Of a DNA stretch of 64,000 nt, positions 1 through 8,091 are shown piece by piece (positions within the stretch are counted from its first letter, which is position 1; each line of letters begins with the position of its first letter). The notes below the pieces were generated by a model. That model was not told the origin of the DNA. It was given only the letters and a program-made list of their open reading frames with translations, and did not search any database. A program made the position numbers and the translations under genes. Source of the DNA: Eubacteriales bacterium (GTDB lineage Bacteria; Bacillota; Clostridia; Oscillospirales; CAG-272); assembly GCA_045123975.1 (NCBI GenBank), contig JBGVKV010000063.1, positions 15,070 to 79,069 of the forward strand, written 5' to 3'.

Positions 1-272
1 TCGGCGGTGACGGTGATGGTTCGGTCCGGCGTATCGCCCAAGGCCTCCAGTGCCAGAATACCGGTCATAAGCTTGACGGTGGAGGCGGGATAGATCCGCT
101 CGTCGGGGTTCAATTCGTACAGAACGGTATCGTTTTCAAAATTATACAAATACGCCCCGGCGGCCTCGTGGATTTCGGGTACTTCGGCGGCAAGGGCGGG
201 GGTGATCAGCCAGGGAAGAAGTGTGAGGGCCGCCATTGCACAAAAAGCAAGGGCAAGCAGTCGTTTTTTCAT
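1..272 (-). CDS. D-alanyl-D-alanine carboxypeptidase (serine-type, PBP5/DacB-like), N-terminal part; gene runs off the window start
   Basis: Hand translation of the minus strand from the ATG at 272-270 gives MKKRLLALAFCAMAALTLLPWLITPALAAEVPEIHEAAGAYLYNFENDTVLYELNPDERIYPASTVKLMTGILALE. It has a signal peptide and an SxxK motif (STVK). The start overlaps the ribF stop (ATGA). Confidence 0.7.
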   Translation of the reverse strand, partial: MKKRLLALAFCAMAALTLLPWLITPALAAEVPEIHEAAGAYLYNFENDTVLYELNPDERIYPASTVKLMTGILALEALGDTPDRTITVTA

Positions 273-1219
273 AGGGATGTCCTTTCGTGAAAAGGATGGG
301 CGGAAAAATAATCCTTAGCAAAGCGGATGTCGTTTCCAATGGCTTCCCGAAGTGCGTCCAGGGAGTCAAAGCGCATCTCATCCCGCACGCGGGTAAGAAA
401 ATGCACACACACCGTCTCGCCGTACAGATCTCCGTCATAATCCAGCAGATGAGTCTCGCAGTTGACGTGACCGTCACTGTCCACACTGGGACGGATGCCC
501 ACGCTGGCAACAGCGGGATAACGGGCATCACCTACGGTGCAAAGACAGACGTAGATGCCGTGGCGGGGAATGATATGCCCTGTGGGGAAATCCTGATTGA
601 TGGTGGGGATGCCGATGGTTCTGCCCAGTTTTTTTCCGTGGCGCACAGGCAGACAAACGGAAAAAGGCCGACCCAGAAGGGCGGCAGCGGTTTCCATATC
701 GCCCTCGGCTACGGCTTCGCGGATGCGGGTAGAGGATACGGGTGCATCCCTGTGGGTAACGGGATCGATGACGGTGAGGGGGATATTCGCTTCGGCCAAA
801 AGTCGGCTGAGATCGGCGGCGGTGCCGCATCCCCGGTATCCGAATCGGAAATTGAAGCCACATACCACGGCGGCACAGTGCAGCGCAGCGATCAGGTGCT
901 CCCGCACAAACTGCTCCGGGGACAGATTCCGCACCGCGGAAAAATCCACCAGAATGGCGAAATCCAGGCCCGCCTCGGCAAACTGCCGCAGCTTTTCCTC
1001 TGTGGTGGTAAGGGCGGGCGTGTCGGCCTCGGCCTTTGCCAGAGAGGTAAAGGTCCAGGCGCCGCAAAGACATCCGGGAATGGCCTGAGCCGCCGCACGG
1101 GCGGCGCAAAGCAATCGGCGGTGTCCTTCGTGCACGCCGTCGAAATTACCCAAAGCCAGAGCGATGGGGCCCTCAGGCAGTGCCATGGGCACAGCCTGCG
1201 GCAAGCGGTATATCGTCAT
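269..1219 (-). CDS. ribF: bifunctional riboflavin kinase / FAD synthetase
   Basis: 316-aa ORF. The N-terminal nucleotidyltransferase motif is GNFDGVHEGHRRLL. The C-terminal riboflavin kinase region contains GIPTINQ and GIYVC. Confidence 0.9.
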   Translation of the reverse strand: MTIYRLPQAVPMALPEGPIALALGNFDGVHEGHRRLLCAARAAAQAIPGCLCGAWTFTSLAKAEADTPALTTTEEKLRQFAEAGLDFAILVDFSAVRNLSPEQFVREHLIAALHCAAVVCGFNFRFGYRGCGTAADLSRLLAEANIPLTVIDPVTHRDAPVSSTRIREAVAEGDMETAAALLGRPFSVCLPVRHGKKLGRTIGIPTINQDFPTGHIIPRHGIYVCLCTVGDARYPAVASVGIRPSVDSDGHVNCETHLLDYDGDLYGETVCVHFLTRVRDEMRFDSLDALREAIGNDIRFAKDYFSAHPFHERTSL

Positions 1220-1237
1220 ACAGACCTCGCGAGAGAA

Positions 1238-1495
1238 TCAAATTCCCAGATAGTTGCGCACCAATGCGCCCATCAGCTCATCCCGGTCGATACGGCGGAT
1301 CAGGCTGCGGGCGTTTTTGTGGTTGGTGATGTACGTCGGATCCTCGGAGAGTATGTATCCGACCAGCTGATTGAAGGGATTGTATCCCTTTTCGCTCAGC
1401 GCTTCGTATACGGTGGACAGAATCATTCTCAACTCGCGGTCTTTTTCGTCGCGGATCGAGAACGTCAAGGTTTTTTCGTTATCGTTTTTCGGCAT
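1238..1495 (-). CDS. ireB: IreB-family regulatory phosphoprotein (UPF0297)
   Basis: Internal ATG at 1495 of the 179-aa ORF gives an 85-aa product, [12 protein letters not shown]...[55 protein letters not shown]. It is near-collinear with Enterococcus IreB and Bacillus YrzL as I remember them. The upstream extension is AT-rich promoter DNA. Confidence 0.85.
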   Translation of the reverse strand: MPKNDNEKTLTFSIRDEKDRELRMILSTVYEALSEKGYNPFNQLVGYILSEDPTYITNHKNARSLIRRIDRDELMGALVRNYLGI

Positions 1496-1532
1496 GGTTC
1501 TGTCGCCTTTCTGCAAAAGTATATTCAATAGT

Positions 1533-1561
1533 ATTATACCTTGCCGGGTGAAAAAATGCAA
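1533..1561 (-). promoter_or_regulatory. sigma-A type promoter for ireB (TTGCAT-17-TATAAT on minus strand)
   Basis: The reverse complement reads ttgcat-tttttcacccggcaagg-tataat, about 40 nt upstream of the ireB ATG. Confidence 0.5.
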
Positions 1562-1651
1562 GAGCCCCGCCGCTCTTATGCAATATTTTTTAAGAAGAGG
1601 AAAAATCCGGGATATATTTTTCGCAAAACACAAAAAATGCGCGGCGCGCCA

Positions 1652-1681
1652 TTGACAAAATACACAGAATCGTGGTATAAT
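1652..1681 (+). promoter_or_regulatory. sigma-A type promoter (TTGACA-18-TGgTATAAT)
   Basis: ttgaca at 1652-1657 and tataat at 1676-1681, preceded by tgg (extended -10). It lies upstream of the ParA-like gene. Confidence 0.6.
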
Positions 1682-1790
1682 TACCGTGTCGGTTTGGACA
1701 TTTGCCATATTTTTTGGGCTGAAGATAACCGGAATGAGGGAAATCGGTGTGGTTGACACCGTTTTTTGATTCTGCAAGCAGGAGGGAACG

Positions 1791-2567
1791 ATGGAACTTT
1801 TTCATAAAATTCTCGTCACATCCTCCAAAGGCGGTATCGGTAAATCCACCGTGGCCTTAGGTGTTGCCGCCGCTCTGTCCCGGGAGGGACGGCGGGTCCT
1901 TCTTGTGGACTGCGACGCGGGCAACCGATGCCTGGATCTTATGCTGGGCGTGGAAAATGCGGTTCTGTACGATCTGTCCGACGTATACGAGGACAGATGC
2001 GTACCGCAGCAGGCTTTTCTTTCCTGCCCGGATTTACCCAACCTGGTGTTCTGTGCCGCGCCGGCCGATCCTTTTTCCGATCTGGATGAGGAACGCTTCT
2101 GCCGCGTCCTTACGGCGCTGGCGGAGGAATCCCACGCAGAGTTCGTGATCTGCGATACCGCAGGCTTGGGCGATACGGTTCGTGCCGTCGCCGCCGGCTT
2201 CGCGGACGGTGCACTGATCGTGGCTACCCAGCAGCCCGCCTCCATCCGATCCGCCGATCGGACGGCTATGTTCGTGGAGGAGATGGGCGGTATCCCTGCC
2301 CGGCTGGTTATTTCCTGCTTTGAGGAAAGGGCGGCGGAGGACGGTGTCCGTGCCGGACTGATCGCGATCATTGACGGCGCTCACGTGCGCACGCTGGGCG
2401 TGGTGCCCAAGGACCGTACCTTGCTTCTGTCCCAGGAGACGGGAAGGATGCCCGGGGAGAAATCCCGTGCGGGAGCTGCCTTTGCCAATATCGCAAAGCG
2501 AATCCTCGGAGAGGATGTGCGGCTGTTTTCCGGTATGCGGAAGATACGCACGAAACGAGTTTTATAA
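1791..2567 (+). CDS. ParA/MinD-family P-loop ATPase
   Basis: The deviant Walker A is [10 protein letters not shown], followed by LLVDCD. Length is 258 aa. The RBS aggaggga sits 5 nt upstream of the ATG. Confidence 0.75.
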   Translation: MELFHKILVTSSKGGIGKSTVALGVAAALSREGRRVLLVDCDAGNRCLDLMLGVENAVLYDLSDVYEDRCVPQQAFLSCPDLPNLVFCAAPADPFSDLDEERFCRVLTALAEESHAEFVICDTAGLGDTVRAVAAGFADGALIVATQQPASIRSADRTAMFVEEMGGIPARLVISCFEERAAEDGVRAGLIAIIDGAHVRTLGVVPKDRTLLLSQETGRMPGEKSRAGAAFANIAKRILGEDVRLFSGMRKIRTKRVL

Positions 2568-2619
2568 TAACGAAAACACATACGCTTATACATAATCGAT
2601 GAATAAGGAGTGAAGCGGA

Positions 2620-3057
2620 ATGGAAATCGCATTGATTGCCGACGATACCAAAAAAGAATTGATGACGCAGTTTTGTATTGCTTACTGCGGCATTTTGAGC
2701 AAGCACAATTTGTGCGCTACCGGCACTACCGGTAAGTACATAGAAGAAGCTACCGGCCTGAAAGTGGAAAAGATGCTGTCCGGTGAGCACGGCGGCGAGC
2801 AGCAGATCTCCTCCCGCGTTTCCTATAACGAGATCGACGTGCTTCTGTATTTCCGCAGCACTCAGCCCCGCAACACCTTCAGCGAGGAAGAATACGGCCT
2901 TCTGCGCCTGTGCGATATCCACAACGTCCCCGTTGCTACCAATATCGCTACCGCGGAGGTGCTGATCTGCGCCCTCGACCACGGCGATCTGGATTGGCGT
3001 GAGATCGTGAATCCCAAGTCCGATTACAACCGCCGCCGCCGCGGAGTAGGCGTCTGA
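2620..3057 (+). CDS. methylglyoxal synthase-like (MGS-like) domain protein with substituted catalytic residues
   Basis: Near-gapless similarity to Bacillus and E. coli MgsA (ATGTTG, GGEQQ, LLRLCDIHNVPVATN). The remembered catalytic positions differ, however (see finding). Confidence 0.7.
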   Translation: MEIALIADDTKKELMTQFCIAYCGILSKHNLCATGTTGKYIEEATGLKVEKMLSGEHGGEQQISSRVSYNEIDVLLYFRSTQPRNTFSEEEYGLLRLCDIHNVPVATNIATAEVLICALDHGDLDWREIVNPKSDYNRRRRGVGV

Positions 3058-3070
3058 TACGAATTTGCCG

Positions 3071-3100
3071 CCGCCGAGGGAGTTTTCCTCGGCGGTTTTT
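3071..3100 (+). terminator. rho-independent terminator
   Basis: Stem ccgccgagg / cctcggcgg with a 7-nt loop, followed by ttttt. Confidence 0.7.
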
Positions 3101-3121
3101 GTGTGATAAGGAGATAAACAT

Positions 3122-3769
3122 ATGAAAGATACAGAAAGGCTGGTCGCCAAAGGCGCGTCCGCCGTGGAGATCCTGAGACGGCTGTATCCCGATGCGGAAT
3201 GCTCCCTGGAATCCGGCGGCGATCCCTGGCGGCTGCTGGTGATGGCGCGACTGTCCGCCCAGTGTACCGACGAGCGGGTGAACATTGTTTGCCGGGATCT
3301 GTTCCGGGAGATTCCCGACGCACAGGCTATGGCCGATGCGCCCCTCACGAAAATTGAGGAATTGATCCGCCCCTGCGGGCTGTTCCGTACCAAGGCCAAA
3401 AGCCTGAAGGAATCCGCCGCTATGCTGCTCACCACCTATGAGGGGCGTGTGCCGGATACGATGGAGGAGCTTTTATCCCTGCCAGGCGTGGGGCGGAAGA
3501 TCGCCAATCTCCTCCTTGGTGATATCTATAAAAAAGGCGGCATCGTGGCGGACACCCACTGTATCCGCATCTGCGGCCGATTGGGGTTTTATGACGAGGA
3601 ATTGAAGGATCCCCTTCGGGTGGAGAGGATCCTCACGCCTGTGATTCCCGTTTCGGAGCAGTCGGATTTCTGCCATCGCATCGTCCATTTCGGGCGGGAG
3701 ATCTGCACCGCCCGCTCCCCGAAATGCGGGGATTGCCCCATGCGGGAGATATGCGATCATAACGGGTGA
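3122..3769 (+). CDS. nth: endonuclease III (DNA-(apurinic/apyrimidinic site) lyase)
   Basis: The HhH motif is LPGVGRKIANLLLGD. The C-terminal 4Fe-4S cluster is C-x6-C-x2-C-x5-C (CTARSPKCGDCPMREIC). Confidence 0.9.
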   Translation: MKDTERLVAKGASAVEILRRLYPDAECSLESGGDPWRLLVMARLSAQCTDERVNIVCRDLFREIPDAQAMADAPLTKIEELIRPCGLFRTKAKSLKESAAMLLTTYEGRVPDTMEELLSLPGVGRKIANLLLGDIYKKGGIVADTHCIRICGRLGFYDEELKDPLRVERILTPVIPVSEQSDFCHRIVHFGREICTARSPKCGDCPMREICDHNG

Positions 3770-3780
3770 AAAAGAATAAC

Positions 3781-3808
3781 AAAAGCCTCCCGGTAAGGGA
3801 GGCTTTTT
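3781..3808. terminator. bidirectional rho-independent terminator
   Basis: aaaa-gcctccc-ggtaa-gggaggc-ttttt, located between the convergent nth and lipoprotein genes. Confidence 0.75.
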
Positions 3809-3809
3809 A

Positions 3810-4211
3810 TTAGTTTGGATGAACCGAAATCTTCACCGGAATATCCGCTGCAGCAGTCGGAACAAGGCTCACACCAATTTCGTATCGCTTATTCGGCTCC
3901 AGCTTCCACTCTACGGTGGCGCCGGGCAGAATATCCACGTTCGTGTAGGGATTGCCATCGGCCGCGCTTTGGATGGTGGTGTCCCTCAGCCATACCACAA
4001 GGGTGCTGATGCCGCTGTCTTCGTAGTGTGCTGTGATGGTGAATTTTCCGGTGGGAGAGGTGATTTTCTCCCCGAGGAAGAGAACGTCATTGCTTTCTGC
4101 CGGAATGGTGCAGTGGATCTGATAGCCCACAAAGTCCGAAGGCTTGGGCTTACATCCCACCAGGCCAAACAGACACACTATGGTGATAAGAATTGCCGTA
4201 AGCTTTTTCAT
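3810..4211 (-). CDS. small lipoprotein, function unknown
   Basis: The signal peptide with lipobox is MKKLTAILITIVCLFGLVGC. The mature part is beta-rich. It is the last gene of the luxS-mtnN transcription unit. Confidence 0.6.
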   Translation of the reverse strand: MKKLTAILITIVCLFGLVGCKPKPSDFVGYQIHCTIPAESNDVLFLGEKITSPTGKFTITAHYEDSGISTLVVWLRDTTIQSAADGNPYTNVDILPGATVEWKLEPNKRYEIGVSLVPTAAADIPVKISVHPN

Positions 4212-4218
4212 ATACTTC

Positions 4219-4917
4219 TCACATATCCCGGAGCAGACACTGGACTACGTCCGCCGAGCGTGCGGCGGCGATCTTTACGAAGGTGGGATAATCCATGGGG
4301 GAGTCCTCGTTTCCTCCGTCGGAAATGGCACGTACCACCACGAAGGGAACGTGATTCACCGTGCAGACGTGACCGATGGCGGCGCCTTCCATCTCGCAGG
4401 CGATAGCACCAAAATTGTCACGGATGTAGGTCTTTTTCGCCGCATCCGCCACAAAGACGTCACCGGAGGCGATGGTGCCCCGCAGCCAGTTGCCGCCGGT
4501 CTTCTCGATGGCGGCACAAACCGCATCCGCCAGGGCAGCATCGGAGGGCATATGTACGATGTTCAACCCGGAGATCAGTCCCACGGGATCGCCCAGGGGG
4601 GAGGTGTCCATATCGTGCTGGACCACATCATCCGACACGGCGATGTCACAGACGGACAGCTTGTCCGAGAGGGTTCCCGCCACGCCGGTGTTGATGATCT
4701 TCGTGGCGCCGAAGCGCAGAATCATGGTCTGGGCGCACATAGCCGCAAACACCTTGCCAACGCCGCACACCGCCAGCACCACGTCGTGTCCGTTCAGGGA
4801 GCCGGTGTGAAATTCAATATCGGAGACAACCTCTGTTTTCTTATTTTCGAGGGCGGCGGCCAGGGCCTCCATCTCCACCCGCATGGCACCGATAATGCCG
4901 ATGATTTCATTCTTCAT
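4219..4917 (-). CDS. mtnN: 5'-methylthioadenosine/S-adenosylhomocysteine nucleosidase
   Basis: MKNEIIGIIGAM...ACEMEGAAIGHVC is typical of Pfs/MTAN. The start was chosen at the internal ATG (4917) by homolog N-termini. The alternative ATG at 4944 has no RBS. Confidence 0.85.
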   Translation of the reverse strand: MKNEIIGIIGAMRVEMEALAAALENKKTEVVSDIEFHTGSLNGHDVVLAVCGVGKVFAAMCAQTMILRFGATKIINTGVAGTLSDKLSVCDIAVSDDVVQHDMDTSPLGDPVGLISGLNIVHMPSDAALADAVCAAIEKTGGNWLRGTIASGDVFVADAAKKTYIRDNFGAIACEMEGAAIGHVCTVNHVPFVVVRAISDGGNEDSPMDYPTFVKIAAARSADVVQCLLRDM

Positions 4918-5374
4918 AACGGAACGTGATCTCCTTTTTCTCATTCAGTACGGACAGATAGGCGGCACATTCCCGCTTGGCATCGGAGAGATCCAGATCC
5001 AGATAGTTGCCGCACTCCTTGCGGGTGGCACCGAACACCTCCCCTTCGTGGGCGAGGATCTTTTCCAAAGTGGCCTTCACCACTGAAAGCACGGTTTCGG
5101 GGGTGTGATTCCGTACCAGAAGATAAAACCCGGTGCGGCAGCCCATGGGGCCGAAATAAATTACGTCGCCCGCTATCTCGCTGTTGCGGACGTAGGTGGC
5201 AAACATATGCTCCACGGAATGCATGGTGCGGGAGTCCATGTACTCTCCGCCGTTGGGAACCCGTGTGCGCAGATCGTAGGTGGTGATGTCCCCATCCACC
5301 CGGGAGATGTAGATGCCGGGGGTGAGAAGATCGTGATCCACCGTAAAGCTGGTGATGCGCTGAATGTCTTTCAT
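4907..5374 (-). CDS. luxS: S-ribosylhomocysteine lyase (AI-2 synthase)
   Basis: Contains the HSVEHMFATY metal-binding HxxEH motif and the GPMGCRTGFY catalytic Cys. Length is 155 aa. Confidence 0.92.
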   Translation of the reverse strand: MKDIQRITSFTVDHDLLTPGIYISRVDGDITTYDLRTRVPNGGEYMDSRTMHSVEHMFATYVRNSEIAGDVIYFGPMGCRTGFYLLVRNHTPETVLSVVKATLEKILAHEGEVFGATRKECGNYLDLDLSDAKRECAAYLSVLNEKKEITFRYEE

Positions 5375-5808
5375 ATTTGACTCCTTTTACAATCCTTTGT
5401 TCTTGGCTTGCGGAAGATGTTTATAATCGCGACGATGAGTGCCAAAACCGCACAGACACCGCCTTCTATCAGTGTAACAAAGACACCGTATACCATACAA
5501 TCCCTCCGTGTTGCGTGATGACTCATCCACACATCCGGAGCTTGGAATACATATCTGTACATAAAGAGTCCCTGCCCCAGGAGGATCACCGTGATGGAGA
5601 CGACGGCAAAAACATATCGGCCCCGCCGTGCCAGGGTATACCATCCCACGTTTACGAGGGCAAATACAGGCAAAATCAGCGGGTAGTAATGGTCATTGAG
5701 AAAGTCGTCCGTTCCCGCCAGACGCAGTATGGCCGGGAGAATGTATACAGCGAGGAGGGCGAGCAACACGTAGACTGTCTCATACGTGTATTTGCGAAAA
5801 GTGCGCAT
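5371..5808 (-). CDS. integral membrane protein (about 4 TM), function unknown
   Basis: Hydrophobic 145-aa ORF. Its stop overlaps the luxS start (ATGA). A tggtataat -10 element lies upstream. Confidence 0.55.
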   Translation of the reverse strand: MRTFRKYTYETVYVLLALLAVYILPAILRLAGTDDFLNDHYYPLILPVFALVNVGWYTLARRGRYVFAVVSITVILLGQGLFMYRYVFQAPDVWMSHHATRRDCMVYGVFVTLIEGGVCAVLALIVAIINIFRKPRTKDCKRSQI

Positions 5809-5920
5809 GGGGACACCTCAGGCGTTTTTTTTCATTATACCATATTTTTTCGTGGAATGGAAGAGTTAAAAAGATTTCCCGTGGGTGGAGAGCACTGTTT
5901 TAGACAGGGACTTCCTTGGG

Positions 5921-6811
5921 CTATCGGAGGAGGGATGCTGCGTACCCCTTATCCCGGGCAGAACGGTTCAGGATCTTGTTCACCTCGGCTCCGCAGAGAA
6001 GGATGATCATACAAAAGTACACCCACAGCATCATAACGAGAAGGAGCGCCAGACCGCCGTACAGATAGGATGCCCGGGGAAAATACCGGATATATAAAGA
6101 ATAAATGAAGGAAAACAGCATCCATCCCCCGGCGGAAAGGGCAGCGCCGGGGAGAACCCGCATTTGTCTTTCCCCCTCCCGGACGCGGCGGAGGATCAGT
6201 CGGTGGAACAGAGTAAAGAACAGAGTGAGAATGGCGAAGATGAACAGTCCTCGTGCGTTCATCAGCCGGGTCAGCGGCACTTCCAGGGCGGGGAAATAAT
6301 GCATCAGTGTGTCGGCAGTCTGAACGCCGAACACCAGAAGCAGCTGGGTTGTGAGGATCAGCGCGATGAATCCCACGGTGTACAGAAAGGAGCGGAGGGC
6401 ATCCCGAACAAATCCCTGCCGCACGGGAATCTCGTAGACCCCGGCTATCCCCCTCTCCAGGGAAGCGATCCCCCGCGACGCACTCCACAGTGCTGTCGCC
6501 GCCGTTACGGAGAGCAGGGGAATACTGCCGCTCCGGGAGAGCTGCTCGGCCACGGCTCCGATAAGCGGCAGAAAATCCTCGGGGATCACGCTTTGCAGGG
6601 TGAGAAGGATCTCCTCCCAGGTGACGGGGAGAAACACCTGGGAGATGCTCAAAAGAAGCATAAGAAAGGGCACGGCGGACAAGAGCAGAAAAAAGGAGGA
6701 GCCGGCGGAAAAAAGTAGGATCTGATCCCGCCGGAGAAGGTCAGACACGTTGTGGGCAAGGCGAACGCAGGCGCGCAGATGGATGATGGAGGAGCGTTTT
6801 TTCGTGGGCAT
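5921..6811 (-). CDS. YihY/BrkB-family membrane protein
   Basis: 296 aa with about 6 TM segments. The sequence style (LLSAVPFLMLLLSI, YGGLALLLVMMLWVYF) matches the YihY family as I remember it. Confidence 0.65.
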   Translation of the reverse strand: MPTKKRSSIIHLRACVRLAHNVSDLLRRDQILLFSAGSSFFLLLSAVPFLMLLLSISQVFLPVTWEEILLTLQSVIPEDFLPLIGAVAEQLSRSGSIPLLSVTAATALWSASRGIASLERGIAGVYEIPVRQGFVRDALRSFLYTVGFIALILTTQLLLVFGVQTADTLMHYFPALEVPLTRLMNARGLFIFAILTLFFTLFHRLILRRVREGERQMRVLPGAALSAGGWMLFSFIYSLYIRYFPRASYLYGGLALLLVMMLWVYFCMIILLCGAEVNKILNRSARDKGYAASLLR

Positions 6812-6898
6812 TTTTCTGTGGGATTACCTTTCCGTGGCGATTTGAAATAGTGTATGGAGATGCGGGGAAAAATATGAATTCCGCCCGGTGGGTGGTGC

Positions 6899-6927
6899 TT
6901 GACATCGCTTTTGGGAGTTGGTACAAT
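6899..6927 (+). promoter_or_regulatory. sigma-A type promoter (TTGACA-17-TACAAT) for nfo-gatCAB
   Basis: ttgaca at 6899-6904 and tacaat at 6922-6927, with a 17-nt spacer. Confidence 0.6.
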
Positions 6928-6973
6928 ATACGTAGTATATTTTGTGAAAAATCCAGTGAATCGGGGAAATAGT

Positions 6974-7822
6974 ATGTTTAAGATCGGATGTCACGTGTCC
7001 GTTTCCGGCGGATACGAAATGATGGGAAAGACCACTCTGGCTATCGGCGGAAATACGTTCCAGTATTTTACAAGAAATCCCAGAGGCAGCCGGGGTACCA
7101 AGGCCCCTTCGCCCTCGGACGTGGAAGCTTTGCGGATTTTGATGGAGGAGAACGGATTCGCTCCTGCTTTGGCCCACGCCCCCTACACCTACAACCCCGC
7201 CTCCAAGGATGAAAACATCCGCCAGTATACGAAAGAGGCTATGGCGGAGGAGTTGCGCTTTCTGGAAGCGCTGCCCGGCTCGCTGTACAATTTCCATCCC
7301 GGATGCCACGTGGGGCAGGGAATGGAAACGGGCATCGTTCTGATTGCGGATCTTTTGAATGAAATCGTTCTGCCCGGTCAGTCCACCACGGTGCTGCTCG
7401 AAACCATGGCCGGCAAGGGCACGGAGATCGGCGGCAAGTTTGAGGAAATCCGCGCCATCATCGATCTGGTGCGCCCGGAGATCCGTCATAAGATCGGCGT
7501 GTGCCTGGACACCTGCCATATCAGCGACGGCGGATACGATATCGCCGGCGATACGGACGGCGTTATCGAAGAGTTTGATCGGGTGATCGGTCTGGATCGG
7601 CTGTGCGCCATTCATCTGAACGATTCCAAGAACCCCCTGGGCGCGCACAAGGACCGCCACGAGAAGATCGGCGAGGGATTTTTGGGTCTGGAGGGTATCG
7701 GACGGATCATCAACCACCCGAAGATCCGGCATTTGCCGTTTTATTTGGAAACGCCCAACGAGCTGGACGGATACGAAAGAGAGATCGCCCAACTGAAGGG
7801 CATGCGAGAGGATATGCAGTGA
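6974..7822 (+). CDS. nfo: deoxyribonuclease IV (endonuclease IV)
   Basis: MFKIGCHVSVSGG...LDTCHISDGGYD...IHLNDSKNPLGAHKDRHEKIGEG. The start was moved to the ATG at 6974, downstream of the promoter. Confidence 0.9.
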   Translation: MFKIGCHVSVSGGYEMMGKTTLAIGGNTFQYFTRNPRGSRGTKAPSPSDVEALRILMEENGFAPALAHAPYTYNPASKDENIRQYTKEAMAEELRFLEALPGSLYNFHPGCHVGQGMETGIVLIADLLNEIVLPGQSTTVLLETMAGKGTEIGGKFEEIRAIIDLVRPEIRHKIGVCLDTCHISDGGYDIAGDTDGVIEEFDRVIGLDRLCAIHLNDSKNPLGAHKDRHEKIGEGFLGLEGIGRIINHPKIRHLPFYLETPNELDGYEREIAQLKGMREDMQ

Positions 7823-8091
7823 AAACGAACGTAGATAAGATTGCGTCCTTGTCCAAGATCGGCCTGGACGCACAGCAGAGGGAACGGCTGGAAAAGGACG
7901 TTCCCCTGATTCTGTCGATGGCAGAGCTTCTTCGGGACGGCGGGGATACGATGTACACGCCCCGTGCGGTGACTGTGCGGGAATTGCGTAAGGATACACC
8001 CGGTGCCGATACGCCGCCGGATCTGTCCGCCATCTCCGAGAGAGAGAAGGAGGGCTACGTGCGCGTAGTCCGCACGGTGGAATCATGCTGA
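7819..8091 (+). CDS. gatC: Asp-tRNA(Asn)/Glu-tRNA(Gln) amidotransferase subunit C
   Basis: The GTG start overlaps the nfo stop (GTGA). The 90-aa product VKTNVDKIASLSKIGLD...YVRVVRTVE lies directly upstream of gatA. Confidence 0.8.
   Translation: MKTNVDKIASLSKIGLDAQQRERLEKDVPLILSMAELLRDGGDTMYTPRAVTVRELRKDTPGADTPPDLSAISEREKEGYVRVVRTVESC

Noticed and set aside
1496-1777. N-terminal 94-codon extension of the ireB ORF, with similar upstream extensions of gpr (16632-17000), nfo (6899-6973), the SBP (16834-16899), rarA (35834-35965) and the beta-helix lipoprotein (53618-53914)
   Set aside because: The extensions run through AT-rich promoter or leader DNA and contain the promoters themselves. They are not matched by homolog N-termini. 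Internal starts with RBS give family-typical N-termini.
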